The notes beneath the pieces are model-generated. The model was given only the letters and a program-made list of their open reading frames with translations, did not search any database and had not been told where the DNA came from. A program made the position numbers and the translations under genes. Shown here one piece after another: positions 1 to 9,239 of a DNA stretch of 64,000 bases. Origin of the DNA: a bacterium (GTDB lineage: Bacteria > Patescibacteriota > Patescibacteriia > UBA1558 > GWA2-36-10); assembly GCA_018653315.1 (NCBI GenBank), contig JABIAL010000037.1, forward strand, positions 1,487 through 65,486, read 5' to 3'. Each line of letters begins with the position of its first letter. Positions within the stretch are counted from its first letter, which is position 1.

Positions 1-75
1 CGCTAAAACCAAATTAACCTTATACAAGGCTATAGCGCTAAAACCAATAAATGTAGACCAAATATATTTTTTCAT
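1..75 (-). CDS. Partial ORF, N-terminal end only (MKKYIWSTFIGFSAIALYKVNLVLA...), hydrophobic signal/TM-like start, runs off the window edge
   Basis: ATG (cat on the plus strand at 73-75) followed by an open frame to the window edge. The N-terminus is hydrophobic. Confidence 0.3.
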   Translation of the reverse strand, partial: MKKYIWSTFIGFSAIALYKVNLVLA

Positions 76-108
76 TTGTTTTTACTTATATAAAATAATG
101 TATATTAT

Positions 109-1734
109 TTAAGGTGTTTCACAATGAATGCCTGGGCAATCAACACCTGATTGTGGCGGATTACATACACAAGAACCTAAAGCATCATAACACTTACATG
201 TATACCAACAATTTTGATAAGTATCTAAAATATTAGACGATAAGGTTGGCACATAATCAGTACTAGGCTTTAAAATATCGTGATGTATATTTATAGTATG
301 GGAAAGATCAGTTAGTTCTAGCCAATAATTAAGCTCTATGTCTGGATCCTCTACAAAATCAATGTTAGTTGTATTAACTGAAGAAGCTAGCAGTGATTCG
401 TCAAAAGCTATCTTAATCGAGGAACCAACAGGAAAATTGGCATGTAATGCATCCATTTTATTAATTATAGGAGGAGTCAAATGAATGTCATTGTTAGTTT
501 CAAAAGTCCAATCATAATCACCACCAGCCGTGCCATTATCATCACCATCAAGTTGATTATCGGCCATATCTTTGATGTCATCTGTCACAGTAGCTATCAA
601 TTTAGCGCTAGACGGTAAACAATACACATCACCACCGCAAGAATTTACCCCACATAAATCAGCAGGATCAATATCTGCGAGAAACTCAACTGTTCGATAC
701 TGATTGGATATCCTATATGTACCCTTAAGAATTTCTGCTGGTGCTGGTAATATTTTTTCTATATTAATATAAGTAAAATCTGGTAGCACATCATCATAAA
801 CACCAGCAGCAAACATTGGATTAATAGCTTCCGAAAAATTTATTTGTACTACCGAATTACGTGCATTATCTATACCGACTGGTATTACAGAAGTGACTGT
901 TGGTGGTGTAAGATCTATCTCATTACTAACAGTAAACTCCCAATCATAACCACTTGGACTAAAGGCAAACTCTCCGTCATCTTTTTCAATAGCTCCATCT
1001 AAAAATATTTGATACTCCGTACTACCATTTTCATTACCAAGATGATTAATAGTAGAGCCACCATAAGGGTTAAAGCCAAAAACTTTTTGCTCAACATCAA
1101 ATTCTACTGCTAAATCAGCATTAGTAAAAGGTGTACTAGTAGCTAACACTAAATTAGTAGGGTGTGCACAACGAGTAATTGGAGCAGTACAGCCAACATT
1201 CGTAGTTAAATGATCAATATTAATCGCTTCTTTAAAAGTAATATAAATATTAGTATTTCTAGCAATATCTGTAGCATTACGCCCCGGATAATGACTTTCT
1301 ATCACTCCGCCGCCTAAACCAATACCGCCATGATAACCACCTCCGCCATTATTAGCATTATGACCATTCGTAGCATTATAAACCGTAGTTAAAACAAAAC
1401 GAGCAATAGCATAAGACGCTAAGACAATCATTAAACCAATAACAGCATTAAGAAGAATTTTTTTAGCTCGATCCACTTCAGTAGCCGATCCTTTGGACAT
1501 CATCCAAACCCAACCACCATAGAGTATCAATAAAGTAGCTAGAATTCCTAGAAAACCCAAGGCAACATTAATAATTCTGGCAATAGTATCTTTCAAATTA
1601 TTTGTACCTAAACTTGTACTAGTAAGATCATCTATTCCAAAATTGTTGACTTGCGCCAATACAATATCAGGTAATAAAAAAATAACTGCTAAAAAAATGA
1701 TTAACAAAACAGTTATCTTCTTTGATTTAAGCAT
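109..1734 (-). CDS. Large secreted or membrane-anchored protein with an N-terminus like CPR VirB2/TrbC-type pilins (signal peptide plus two TM helices), a Gly-rich linker and a Cys-rich C-terminus
   Basis: 541-aa ORF. The N-terminus LKDTIARIINVALGFLGILATLLILYGGWVWMMSKG...AVIGLMIVLASYAIARFVL resembles TrbC/VirB2-like pilin proteins common in CPR. A GGGGYHGGIGLGGG linker and many Cys residues occur in the last 60 aa. Confidence 0.5.
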   Translation of the reverse strand: MLKSKKITVLLIIFLAVIFLLPDIVLAQVNNFGIDDLTSTSLGTNNLKDTIARIINVALGFLGILATLLILYGGWVWMMSKGSATEVDRAKKILLNAVIGLMIVLASYAIARFVLTTVYNATNGHNANNGGGGYHGGIGLGGGVIESHYPGRNATDIARNTNIYITFKEAINIDHLTTNVGCTAPITRCAHPTNLVLATSTPFTNADLAVEFDVEQKVFGFNPYGGSTINHLGNENGSTEYQIFLDGAIEKDDGEFAFSPSGYDWEFTVSNEIDLTPPTVTSVIPVGIDNARNSVVQINFSEAINPMFAAGVYDDVLPDFTYINIEKILPAPAEILKGTYRISNQYRTVEFLADIDPADLCGVNSCGGDVYCLPSSAKLIATVTDDIKDMADNQLDGDDNGTAGGDYDWTFETNNDIHLTPPIINKMDALHANFPVGSSIKIAFDESLLASSVNTTNIDFVEDPDIELNYWLELTDLSHTINIHHDILKPSTDYVPTLSSNILDTYQNCWYTCKCYDALGSCVCNPPQSGVDCPGIHCETP

Positions 1735-1761
1735 GGGATTTAAAAATTAAAAATGTTAAAT

Positions 1762-2199
1762 TTATTTATCTAATTTTTCTTTGACTAATTTTTGTACTAA
1801 CTGACCATCAGCTAAGCCTTTGGTTTGAGCCATCACTTCTTTCATTACTTGCCCAAAATTATTTGCTCCTGTCTCAATGACCTTAGTCACTATCTGACCT
1901 AATTCTTCTTCTAATAACATAGCTGGCATATAAACACTCAAAATATCTGCTTCTGCTTGTTCATTTTGTGCCAATTCATCACGTCCAGCTTGAGTAAAAG
2001 CAGTAATAGAATCTTGTCTTTTCTTTAATTCTTTGCGAATCAAAACAATAATATCTTGATCTGATAATTCTTTGACTTTGTCTGCTATTAATTGATTTTG
2101 CACAGCACTTTTGAGCATCCTCAAAACAGAAACCTTTAATTGTTCCTTATTTTTAAGCGCTTGAATTAAATCTTGTTCAATGTTTTTCCACAATGACAT
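1762..2199 (-). CDS. yqeY: GatB/YqeY domain-containing protein
   Basis: 145 aa with the typical YqeY length and conserved helical pattern (LKSAVQN..., ...FGQVMKEVMAQTKGLADGQLV). Confidence 0.75.
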   Translation of the reverse strand: MSLWKNIEQDLIQALKNKEQLKVSVLRMLKSAVQNQLIADKVKELSDQDIIVLIRKELKKRQDSITAFTQAGRDELAQNEQAEADILSVYMPAMLLEEELGQIVTKVIETGANNFGQVMKEVMAQTKGLADGQLVQKLVKEKLDK

Positions 2200-2279
2200 G
2201 GGCTTATGGATAGAGAATAATCATTACTAACTTGCCAAACTTTCATACACTTGTACAAAAGATTAGCAAAAACTAAGGA

Positions 2280-2519
2280 TTATTTGTAACGACGATTAAA
2301 GAAATCATCTAGTTTACCAACTTTTTTCAAATAGTCTATCTTACCAGTCATTTCAATACGTCTTAAAGCACTTTCTCTTTGCCCTTTAGTAGACTTATCT
2401 TTACTATAAAATCTAACTTTTTTAGCCTGTAAAATACGGCCACTTTGGATAGTTTTTTTAGTGAAACGGCGAATCAAACTTTCAAAAGATTCATTGTCCT
2501 TTTTCTTCACTTCCAACAT
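2280..2519 (-). CDS. rpsU: 30S ribosomal protein S21
   Basis: 79 aa, very basic, with the S21 signature N-terminus (M-x-EVKKKDNESFESLIRRFTKK). Confidence 0.85.
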   Translation of the reverse strand: MLEVKKKDNESFESLIRRFTKKTIQSGRILQAKKVRFYSKDKSTKGQRESALRRIEMTGKIDYLKKVGKLDDFFNRRYK

Positions 2520-2623
2520 GCTTTTACCTCTCTTTCTAAAATTATTATTTTATTGATATTTAAAATATGTTTAACAACATATTCTTACTATTATAATGAC
2601 AAAATTTTCAACAAAAGTCAATC

Positions 2624-2649
2624 CCCCACTTTTATTCAAAAAGTGGGGG
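2624..2649 (-). terminator. Perfect 11-12 bp stem-loop (CCCCCACTTTT / AAAAGTGGGGG), the second of two tandem hairpins downstream of hisS and upstream of rpsU
   Basis: Inverted repeat read directly from the sequence. A U-rich tract follows on the minus strand (attgacttttgtt). Confidence 0.5.
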
Positions 2650-2657
2650 ATATTTTA

Positions 2658-2723
2658 CCCAGCACTACTTTTAATTCTCATCGATAATCTCATAAACTTT
2701 TTTAGAGAAAAGTAGTGCTGGGT
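2658..2723 (-). terminator. Perfect 15-bp inverted repeat (CCCAGCACTACTTTT ... AAAAGTAGTGCTGGG) with a ~36-nt loop, immediately downstream of the hisS stop
   Basis: Inverted repeat read directly. It is the first structure after the hisS stop at 2746 and probably acts as the hisS terminator or an rpsU leader structure. Confidence 0.45.
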
Positions 2724-2745
2724 TTATTCATACTATATAAAAAAA

Positions 2746-4083
2746 TTATACTTTTTTGGTGGTTTTTATTTTCAAAGATTTATCATTCATTTTACTGGCC
2801 AATCTTTTATGAACTTCTTTAACCACTTTTTTATGATCAACTGTTTCCTGCACACCGCTCTCCATGTCTCTGATTAAAATAGTGCCATCCACAAGCTCCT
2901 TTTGTCCTAAAATCAAAACATAACGAGCATTTTTTTTATTTGCCAATTCCAATTGATCTTTCAAACCATTTTTAGAAAAATCTTCAGACACTGTCAATCC
3001 TCCTTGGCGTAAATCCATAAATAATTTTAGACTCTTGCGTCGAGCTTCTATTCCTAGTTGAGCTAAATAAACATCTGGTCGCCAAACTTCTGGCAAAACA
3101 ACTTCTTTTTCTTTTATCTTGTTTATTATTCGCTCCATGCCCATGGCAAAACCAATCGCTGGAGTCTCGCGACCTCCTAATAATTTTACTAATTCATCAT
3201 AACGACCGCCGCCGCCTAAAGCTTGCAATTTTCCATCTTGATTGCTTTCAACAATCTCCCAAGTCGTTCTAGTATAATAATCTAAACCACGAACAATTTT
3301 TGGATTAAGATTATACTTTACTTCAGCTTCATCTAAATATTCTAAAACAGTAGTAAAATGTTTATTACAATCTTCACATAGATAATCTACCATCTGCGGT
3401 GCCTCCTCAGCTAATTCTTGACAACCTTTAACCTTACAATCTAAAAGACGTAATGGATTTTTAAGTAATCGCTTAGTGCAATCAACACATAAATCTTTTT
3501 TCTTATTCTTGTAATACTGAGTCAAAGCTTTAAAATATTTTGGTCGACAATGTTTATCACCAATACTATTGATCTGTACCTCGATATCTAAGCCTAAATC
3601 TCGCAAAATATTATAATTCATGGCTATTATTTGAGCATCGACAATAGGATCAGCATCACCAACAGCCTCAAAACCAAATTGCCAAAATTGTCGATAACGT
3701 CCAGCTTGTGGCTTATCATGACGAAACTGAGGTCCAATATAAAACATTTTAACTGGCTGTGGCTGGTTAAGCATGCCGTGCTCTATATAAGCACGAATAA
3801 CTCCCGGTGTACCTTCTGGCCTCAAGGATAAACGATCTCCACTTTGATCGACAAAAGAATACATTTCCTTAGATACAATATCTGTTTCTTCTCCAGTGGC
3901 TTTTTTAAATAATTGTGTAAACTCTACAATCGGCGTATCAATACGCATAAAACCATAGTCACGAGCAACTGATTCTACTCTACTCCTAACAAAATCCCAA
4001 ATATGTTGCTCTGTTGGCAAAATATCTTTCATTCCTTTTACTAATCTAATGCTAGTTTTAGCTGTTTTTTTCTTTGGTGACAT
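2746..4083 (-). CDS. hisS: Histidyl-tRNA synthetase, with a Cys-rich (putative Zn-ribbon) insertion
   Basis: Class II aaRS motifs are present (GMKDILP, RLSLRPEGT, GGGGRYDEL) and the 445-aa length fits. An unusual CxxC...C..C...CxxC insert (CVDCTKRLL...DCKVKGCQ...CEDC) is present. Confidence 0.9.
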   Translation of the reverse strand: MSPKKKTAKTSIRLVKGMKDILPTEQHIWDFVRSRVESVARDYGFMRIDTPIVEFTQLFKKATGEETDIVSKEMYSFVDQSGDRLSLRPEGTPGVIRAYIEHGMLNQPQPVKMFYIGPQFRHDKPQAGRYRQFWQFGFEAVGDADPIVDAQIIAMNYNILRDLGLDIEVQINSIGDKHCRPKYFKALTQYYKNKKKDLCVDCTKRLLKNPLRLLDCKVKGCQELAEEAPQMVDYLCEDCNKHFTTVLEYLDEAEVKYNLNPKIVRGLDYYTRTTWEIVESNQDGKLQALGGGGRYDELVKLLGGRETPAIGFAMGMERIINKIKEKEVVLPEVWRPDVYLAQLGIEARRKSLKLFMDLRQGGLTVSEDFSKNGLKDQLELANKKNARYVLILGQKELVDGTILIRDMESGVQETVDHKKVVKEVHKRLASKMNDKSLKIKTTKKV

Positions 4084-4131
4084 AATATTTCAATTACAAT
4101 TTATTATTTAACAGTGAGGATTTGGAAATAT

Positions 4132-4788
4132 CTAGTATGTTGGTCTATTAAAAGTTGATGCTCTATCAATGGGCCAACCTCTAAACCAAACCTTACCAAT
4201 GATATATTTTTTATCCAATGGACCAAATGATCTAGAATCTCGACTAACCATACGATTATCCCCTAAAACAACATATTCATCTGCTTCTAAATTTACTGAC
4301 GATAAATTTTTAATTGATAAATTTTCTATATACTCATCCTCTGCTAATTCATTACCATCAATTGAAACAATTCCAGAGACAATCTCTACGCTTTCGCCCG
4401 GCAAACCAATCACTCGTTTAATATAATATTGATTAGTTCTATCTGGATTTCGAAAAACTACTACATCACCTCTTTGTGGTTCATTGAAACGATAAGATAT
4501 TTCGTCAATAATCAAATATTCTTTATTATAAAAATTTGGTTCCATGGAAGCACCTTCTACATAAAAAGGTTGAATCAAAAACATACGAACCGGTAAAATA
4601 ATAGCCAAGGAAATCAATACTACTTTAACTACCTCAAAAACCAATAAACCAAACTTTTTTGCCCAAACTAACAAAGTATTTTCTTGTTCATGAGCAAAAC
4701 GATTAATATTTAAATCTTGAGACTCCACTTCTTTAATACTATCTAACTCTTCTGCCTTTTTTTCTTTTGATTTTATTTTTTGGTTCAT
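4132..4788 (-). CDS. lepB: Signal peptidase I
   Basis: An N-terminal TM segment and the S26 motifs are present (GASMEPNF, RGDVVVF, YIKRVIGLPGE, VLGDNR..SRDSR). Confidence 0.85.
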   Translation of the reverse strand: MNQKIKSKEKKAEELDSIKEVESQDLNINRFAHEQENTLLVWAKKFGLLVFEVVKVVLISLAIILPVRMFLIQPFYVEGASMEPNFYNKEYLIIDEISYRFNEPQRGDVVVFRNPDRTNQYYIKRVIGLPGESVEIVSGIVSIDGNELAEDEYIENLSIKNLSSVNLEADEYVVLGDNRMVSRDSRSFGPLDKKYIIGKVWFRGWPIDRASTFNRPTY

Positions 4789-4914
4789 ATCTATAATAAA
4801 TTCTGATTAAACAAAATTATTATACACAAAGGACAGACTAAAAGCAAACGTTTTTAAGCTAATAAACAAGCCTTTAGAGCTTATTTAAGTAAAATAGTCA
4901 AATTGTCAATAGGA

Positions 4915-4943
4915 TTGACTTTTAAGCTTTTTATTAGTATAAT
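4915..4943 (+). promoter_or_regulatory. Sigma70-like promoter TTGACT-17-TATAAT upstream of the LCP gene. An AGTCAA...TTGACT inverted repeat overlaps the -35.
   Basis: -35 at 4915-4920 and -10 at 4938-4943 with exactly 17-nt spacing, ~45 nt upstream of the ATG at 4986. Confidence 0.5.
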
Positions 4944-4985
4944 GCAATTACTTTAAATAGTAAAATAATAGAAAAAAGTGCCGAT

Positions 4986-6572
4986 ATGGGCTCTCCTGAC
5001 TTTACAAAACGTACAATTAATTTTTTAGAAGATGAGTCACGGCCAGATAAACAGAGTGCGGGGTTTACTGAATCTAAGCGAGCTAAAAAATCTAGACCAG
5101 TTCAAGATAATAGCATTGCAAGACGTCCGTCTTATAAAAAACCAAAACGCAACAAAAGGAAGAAATTTTCCTATTTTTTTATATTCTTGATAATAATACT
5201 AAGTTTATCAGGAAAAATATTAAGTGCTGGTAATGATGGTTTTTTATCTGGTATTAAACATAGTTATTTACTAAGGCAAATTGTAAATATCATTGCTCCG
5301 AGTGAAAAATATCTAAATGGTGAGCAAGAAGATAGAATAAACTTTCTCCTCTTAGGCATGGGTGGCGCTGGACATAATGGCCCATACTTAACAGATACGA
5401 TTATGTTGGCCAGTTTTAAGCCATCCACTAAACAAGCATCAGTCATCTCTATTCCTCGTGATATGATCGTGCCGATCGATTCACACAACTATCGTAAAAT
5501 AAATAGCGTTTATACTATTGGCAAAAATAACGGTCAAGGTGGCGGAGAATTTACAAAACAAGTTGTTTCAGAAACACTAGGTGTACCAATACATTATTTT
5601 GTAGCTGTTGATTTTGCTGGCTTTATAGAAATTATTAATGCTATTGATGGTGTAAAAGTAACCGTTGATCGTAGTTTTGTTGATAAACAATTTCCAACCG
5701 CGGATTATAAATACCAAGAGGTTTCATTCACTACTGGGGAACAAAAAATGGATGGCCTAACAGCTTTAAGATTTGCTCGTTCTCGACATGGTAATAATGG
5801 TGAAGGATCAGATTTTGCTCGTAGCAAAAGACAACAAAAAATACTAGCTGCTGTTAAAGATAAAATCACATCTTTTAACACTCTGATTAATCCGAAAAAA
5901 ATTACTAGTCTTTTTTCCATTGTTAATCAATACACTCAAACAGATATGGAACCATGGGAGGCTGTTAAATTAGTACATATGGTCAAAGGTCTAGATAGTC
6001 AAAAAATAGACATTCAATCGATTGACAATAGACCAGGAGGATTCTTGAAAGCTGGCATTTCTCTAGCTGGAGCTTATATTTTACAACCAGTCACCGGTAA
6101 TTTTGAACAAATACAACAACTAGCCAATAACATATTTGATATCAGTGAAGTTAGTAACGAAGACGCTAATATCGTTATCCAAAATGGTACTGATGTCCCT
6201 GGGTTAGCTTTAAAAGCGGTAAATTATCTTAGCTATATGAACTATCAAGTTTTACGCTATGGCAATGCTGCTGAACAAGATAAAACACAAACAATTATTT
6301 ACGATTATACAAAACAAAAACCAAAAACCAAAAAAACATTGGAATCTATTTTTTCCGTCAAAGTACTAGACAATCCACCGATAGAATACTCAAGCAGTGC
6401 TGTTACTACAAATTGGGATATTCGTAATGAAAATAACGAATTAGCTCAATTAGACTTTTTGATAATCCTGGGTTCCGATCAGTCAATTGATGAAAACATA
6501 GAAATTATCACGACTATTGACCCAGCTCTACTTAATACTTCCACCCCTACCACAACTGACAAAGAAATTTAA
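4986..6572 (+). CDS. LytR/CpsA/Psr (LCP) family cell-envelope phosphotransferase
   Basis: N-terminal basic tail plus a TM segment, then LCP core motifs (LLLGMGGAGHNGPYLTDTIML, ISIPRDMIVPI, ALRFARSRH). Confidence 0.8.
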   Translation: MGSPDFTKRTINFLEDESRPDKQSAGFTESKRAKKSRPVQDNSIARRPSYKKPKRNKRKKFSYFFIFLIIILSLSGKILSAGNDGFLSGIKHSYLLRQIVNIIAPSEKYLNGEQEDRINFLLLGMGGAGHNGPYLTDTIMLASFKPSTKQASVISIPRDMIVPIDSHNYRKINSVYTIGKNNGQGGGEFTKQVVSETLGVPIHYFVAVDFAGFIEIINAIDGVKVTVDRSFVDKQFPTADYKYQEVSFTTGEQKMDGLTALRFARSRHGNNGEGSDFARSKRQQKILAAVKDKITSFNTLINPKKITSLFSIVNQYTQTDMEPWEAVKLVHMVKGLDSQKIDIQSIDNRPGGFLKAGISLAGAYILQPVTGNFEQIQQLANNIFDISEVSNEDANIVIQNGTDVPGLALKAVNYLSYMNYQVLRYGNAAEQDKTQTIIYDYTKQKPKTKKTLESIFSVKVLDNPPIEYSSSAVTTNWDIRNENNELAQLDFLIILGSDQSIDENIEIITTIDPALLNTSTPTTTDKEI

Positions 6573-6581
6573 TAAAAATAT

Positions 6582-7937
6582 ATGCCGAAACTTTATAAAG
6601 TCGCTATTGTGGGCAGAGTAAATGTTGGAAAATCCACTCTCTTCAACAAACTGATTTCTCAACCAAAAGCCATCACATCCCGCGTAGCTGGCACAACTCG
6701 TGACCGTAATTACGCTATTTGTTCTTGGAATAGCTTAGATTTTGATTTGATTGATACTGGTGGCTTAGATGATGTCAAAGACCAAATAGACCAAGATATC
6801 AACGATCAAATAGAAGTTGCTCTAAAAGAATCTGATTTGGTTTTATTTGTAGTGGACTCTAAAACTGGAATCTTACCAACTGATCGAGAGTTACTAAAAA
6901 TTATCAAAAAACATAAAAAACCAATTATTTTAATAGCAAACAAAGCTGATAATAACCGATTACGTAATCAAACAGCAGAATTTTATAAACTGAATATTGG
7001 CGAACCATCTATTGTTTCAGCTGCTAATGGCGTGGGTACCGGTGACCTATTAGATAGATTAGTCAAAACACTAAAAAATTTAAAAAAATCTAGCCGCGGA
7101 CACGTCCAAACTGAGGATGACAAAATTATCAAAGTAGCTATAGTTGGTCAACCAAACGTTGGTAAATCATCATTAATCAATGCTTTGTTAGGCGAAGAAA
7201 GAGTAATTGTTTCCCCTGTTCCTCATACTACTAGAGACTCTCAAGATATTAGCATCAGTTACCATAAACAAAAAATAACTTTTATCGATACTGCCGGCAT
7301 TAGACGTCGTAGCAGACGAGCCATTAATCCTTTTGAAAAACAAAGCGTTGCTCAAAGCATGGAAAGCATTGATCGATCTGACATTGCTTTATTCATGATG
7401 GATGTAAATCAAAAATTAACATTCCAAGACAAACGTTTAGCTAATGAATTGGAAGAAGCTGGTGTTGGCGTGATTATCATAGCCAACAAATGGGATCAAG
7501 TACCAGAAAAAGATTCGGATACTGCTCAAAAATATCATGATTATTATTTTGCGCATCTCAAATTTTTAAGATGGGCTAAACTTTTATTTACCTCTACTAC
7601 TGATAAAACAAATTTACACAAAATTATTCCAATGATTATTGATGTTTATAAAGAAAAAAATAGAGTAATAGATGAAAATGCTTTAGATAAATTATTAAAA
7701 AAATTAGTCAAAAGACATAAGCCTGCTCGTGGTAAAGGAACTAAACATCCTTATATTTATTCTTTGAAACAAGTAAAAACCAACCCACCAATATTTGTAG
7801 TCAAGGTAGATTTTAAGGCTATCATGCATTTGTCTTATATTAATTTTATAGAAAATAGTTTACGTTATAAATTTGGTTTTGAAGGTGTGCCAATCAAAAT
7901 ACATCAAGAAAAATCACAAAATATGTTGGACAAATAA
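6582..7937 (+). CDS. der: Ribosome-biogenesis GTPase Der (EngA), with two tandem GTPase domains and a KH-like C-terminus
   Basis: Two G1 motifs are present (GRVNVGKST and GQPNVGKSS), and DTGG/DTAG and NKAD/NKWD match the EngA architecture. Confidence 0.9.
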   Translation: MPKLYKVAIVGRVNVGKSTLFNKLISQPKAITSRVAGTTRDRNYAICSWNSLDFDLIDTGGLDDVKDQIDQDINDQIEVALKESDLVLFVVDSKTGILPTDRELLKIIKKHKKPIILIANKADNNRLRNQTAEFYKLNIGEPSIVSAANGVGTGDLLDRLVKTLKNLKKSSRGHVQTEDDKIIKVAIVGQPNVGKSSLINALLGEERVIVSPVPHTTRDSQDISISYHKQKITFIDTAGIRRRSRRAINPFEKQSVAQSMESIDRSDIALFMMDVNQKLTFQDKRLANELEEAGVGVIIIANKWDQVPEKDSDTAQKYHDYYFAHLKFLRWAKLLFTSTTDKTNLHKIIPMIIDVYKEKNRVIDENALDKLLKKLVKRHKPARGKGTKHPYIYSLKQVKTNPPIFVVKVDFKAIMHLSYINFIENSLRYKFGFEGVPIKIHQEKSQNMLDK

Positions 7938-7974
7938 AAAAGGCCCACTCTCAAAGAGGGACCTCTAGAAATTG

Positions 7975-8008
7975 TTGCTTACAGAATGAAAACCATTGCT
8001 TACAGAAT
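7975..8008. repeat. 13-nt direct repeat TTGCTTACAGAAT x2 (7975-7987 and 7996-8008) at the 3' end of the GC-rich 186-aa ORF, just after the der stop
   Basis: Exact repeat read from the sequence. It is adjacent to an imperfect GC-rich hairpin (ggcccactctcaaagagggacc) at 7942-7963. Confidence 0.6.
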
Positions 8009-8560
8009 AGAAATTGAATCTAAAGGCAAGTAAATCTGTTGAGCAAAAGTAAATAGCGCAAACTGCTTAAGAAAGGTAAGATCAATCTCCAACTCCGAAA
8101 GTCCATCGAGGCTATCCGAATGACAGTAGCCCTGAATGTTTCCATCAACAGAGGTTTCCAAAAAACCAGCTTGCAGCAACATCATGATGTATGAGAGAGA
8201 GTCTAACACTCCTTGCTCTTCCTGAAAGACTAACCTCACACTGAAATTGTACTCTACAGCAAAATGCAACAAGGTAAAGACTTGATGTACGCCTGTACCT
8301 GTGAACTCTTCCACTAAGCTAACTTGTCTTAGCCACTTAGCAATATCTTGAGATACTGGATATTGGGTACACAGACCTGTTTGCAAAAAAATACCTAGCT
8401 CTTTAGCCGATAAATTATGCATCTTGTCAGCTTCTTCCTGATCAATCAACAGAACGATATTATCTGCTTGTGCTCTTAAACACCGCCAGCAAATACCCAT
8501 GTGCATCTTTTCATGTATAGAACACGCATCATCTGTCCATAAATGACTCATTAACTTCAT
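8000..8560 (-). CDS. Hypothetical protein of 186 aa. Its composition (about 40% GC by eye) is well above the flanking host genes. It has its own SD and a TTGACA promoter.
   Basis: A long ORF in an AT-rich background. An AGGAG lies 6 nt upstream of the ATG and a TTGACA -35 lies upstream (minus strand, plus coordinates ~8590-8637). No family was recognised by eye. A CxxC is present (GICWRCL). Confidence 0.5.
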   Translation of the reverse strand: MKLMSHLWTDDACSIHEKMHMGICWRCLRAQADNIVLLIDQEEADKMHNLSAKELGIFLQTGLCTQYPVSQDIAKWLRQVSLVEEFTGTGVHQVFTLLHFAVEYNFSVRLVFQEEQGVLDSLSYIMMLLQAGFLETSVDGNIQGYCHSDSLDGLSELEIDLTFLKQFALFTFAQQIYLPLDSISIL

Positions 8561-8654
8561 TTCTGACTCCTATTTTTTAACAGTATAACAAAGGACTAAA
8601 CAATATAGCTTTATACCATATATAATAAAAAATGTCAATAGTATAAAAAAACAT

Positions 8655-9209
8655 ATGAAATTAATCATTGGCTTAGGAAATCCAGAAGAAAAATATCAAT
8701 GGACCCGTCATAATTTTGGCTGGCTAACTTTGGATAATTTAACTCGCAAACATGAACTCAAATGGCGGAAGCATAAAATCAGTCAAGCCGATGTTGCTGA
8801 ATTACAAATTGGCAAAGAAAAAATAATTCTGGCCAAGCCACTAACTTTTATGAATAATTCTGGCCTAGCAGTCATAGCTTTAAAACAATTTTACAAAATA
8901 TCCGTTAAAGACATCATTGTGGTTTATGATGAGTTAGCTTTGGACTTTGGGCAAATGAGAATTTCACAAAATAAATCAGCTGGCGGACACAATGGCGTTC
9001 AATCTATTATCCAAAATATTAAATCAAAAGAATTTATTCGCTTACGTCTTGGTATTGGTCCACAAATGGGCGTAGCTGAAAAATTTGTTTTACATAGATT
9101 TTCAAGCGAAGAAAAAAAGAAACTTCCAGAAATAATAGATACTACTTATTTAGCCTTGGAAACCATCCTTAAAGAAGGTGTGGATAAAGCTGCTAATAAA
9201 TATAACTAA
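8655..9209 (+). CDS. pth: Peptidyl-tRNA hydrolase
   Basis: Pth signature N-terminus (MKLIIGLGNPEEKY..TRHNFGW) and a GGHNG motif. Length 184 aa. Confidence 0.9.
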   Translation: MKLIIGLGNPEEKYQWTRHNFGWLTLDNLTRKHELKWRKHKISQADVAELQIGKEKIILAKPLTFMNNSGLAVIALKQFYKISVKDIIVVYDELALDFGQMRISQNKSAGGHNGVQSIIQNIKSKEFIRLRLGIGPQMGVAEKFVLHRFSSEEKKKLPEIIDTTYLALETILKEGVDKAANKYN

Positions 9210-9215
9210 AAAAAG

Positions 9216-9239
9216 AGCCCCGATTAAAGCATCGGGGCT
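9216..9239 (-). terminator. 9-bp GC-rich hairpin AGCCCCGAT-TAAAGC-ATCGGGGCT, with a U-tract on the minus-strand side
   Basis: Inverted repeat read directly. The A-run 9211-9215 sits 5' on the plus strand, so this is a minus-strand intrinsic terminator. It lies 230 nt downstream of the pepA stop and immediately after the pth stop. Confidence 0.6.

Noticed and set aside
2445-2687. 80-aa plus-strand ORF overlapping rpsU and its leader
   Set aside because: It overlaps a highly conserved ribosomal protein gene on the opposite strand and spans the hairpin structures, with an AT-rich low-complexity translation. It is a typical antisense shadow ORF.
8000-8560. Possibility that the GC-rich block is a structured RNA (RNase P RNA, tmRNA or SRP RNA) rather than a CDS. 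For example, cgaaagtccatcgagg loosely recalls the P4 strand GGAAAGUCCGGGC.
   Set aside because: No complementary P4 3' strand (ACAGAANCCGGCUUA-like) is present. No tRNA-like 3' end or tag-peptide frame is present. No SRP domain-IV motif is present. A 186-codon open frame with an SD and promoter is far more parsimonious in an AT-rich genome.
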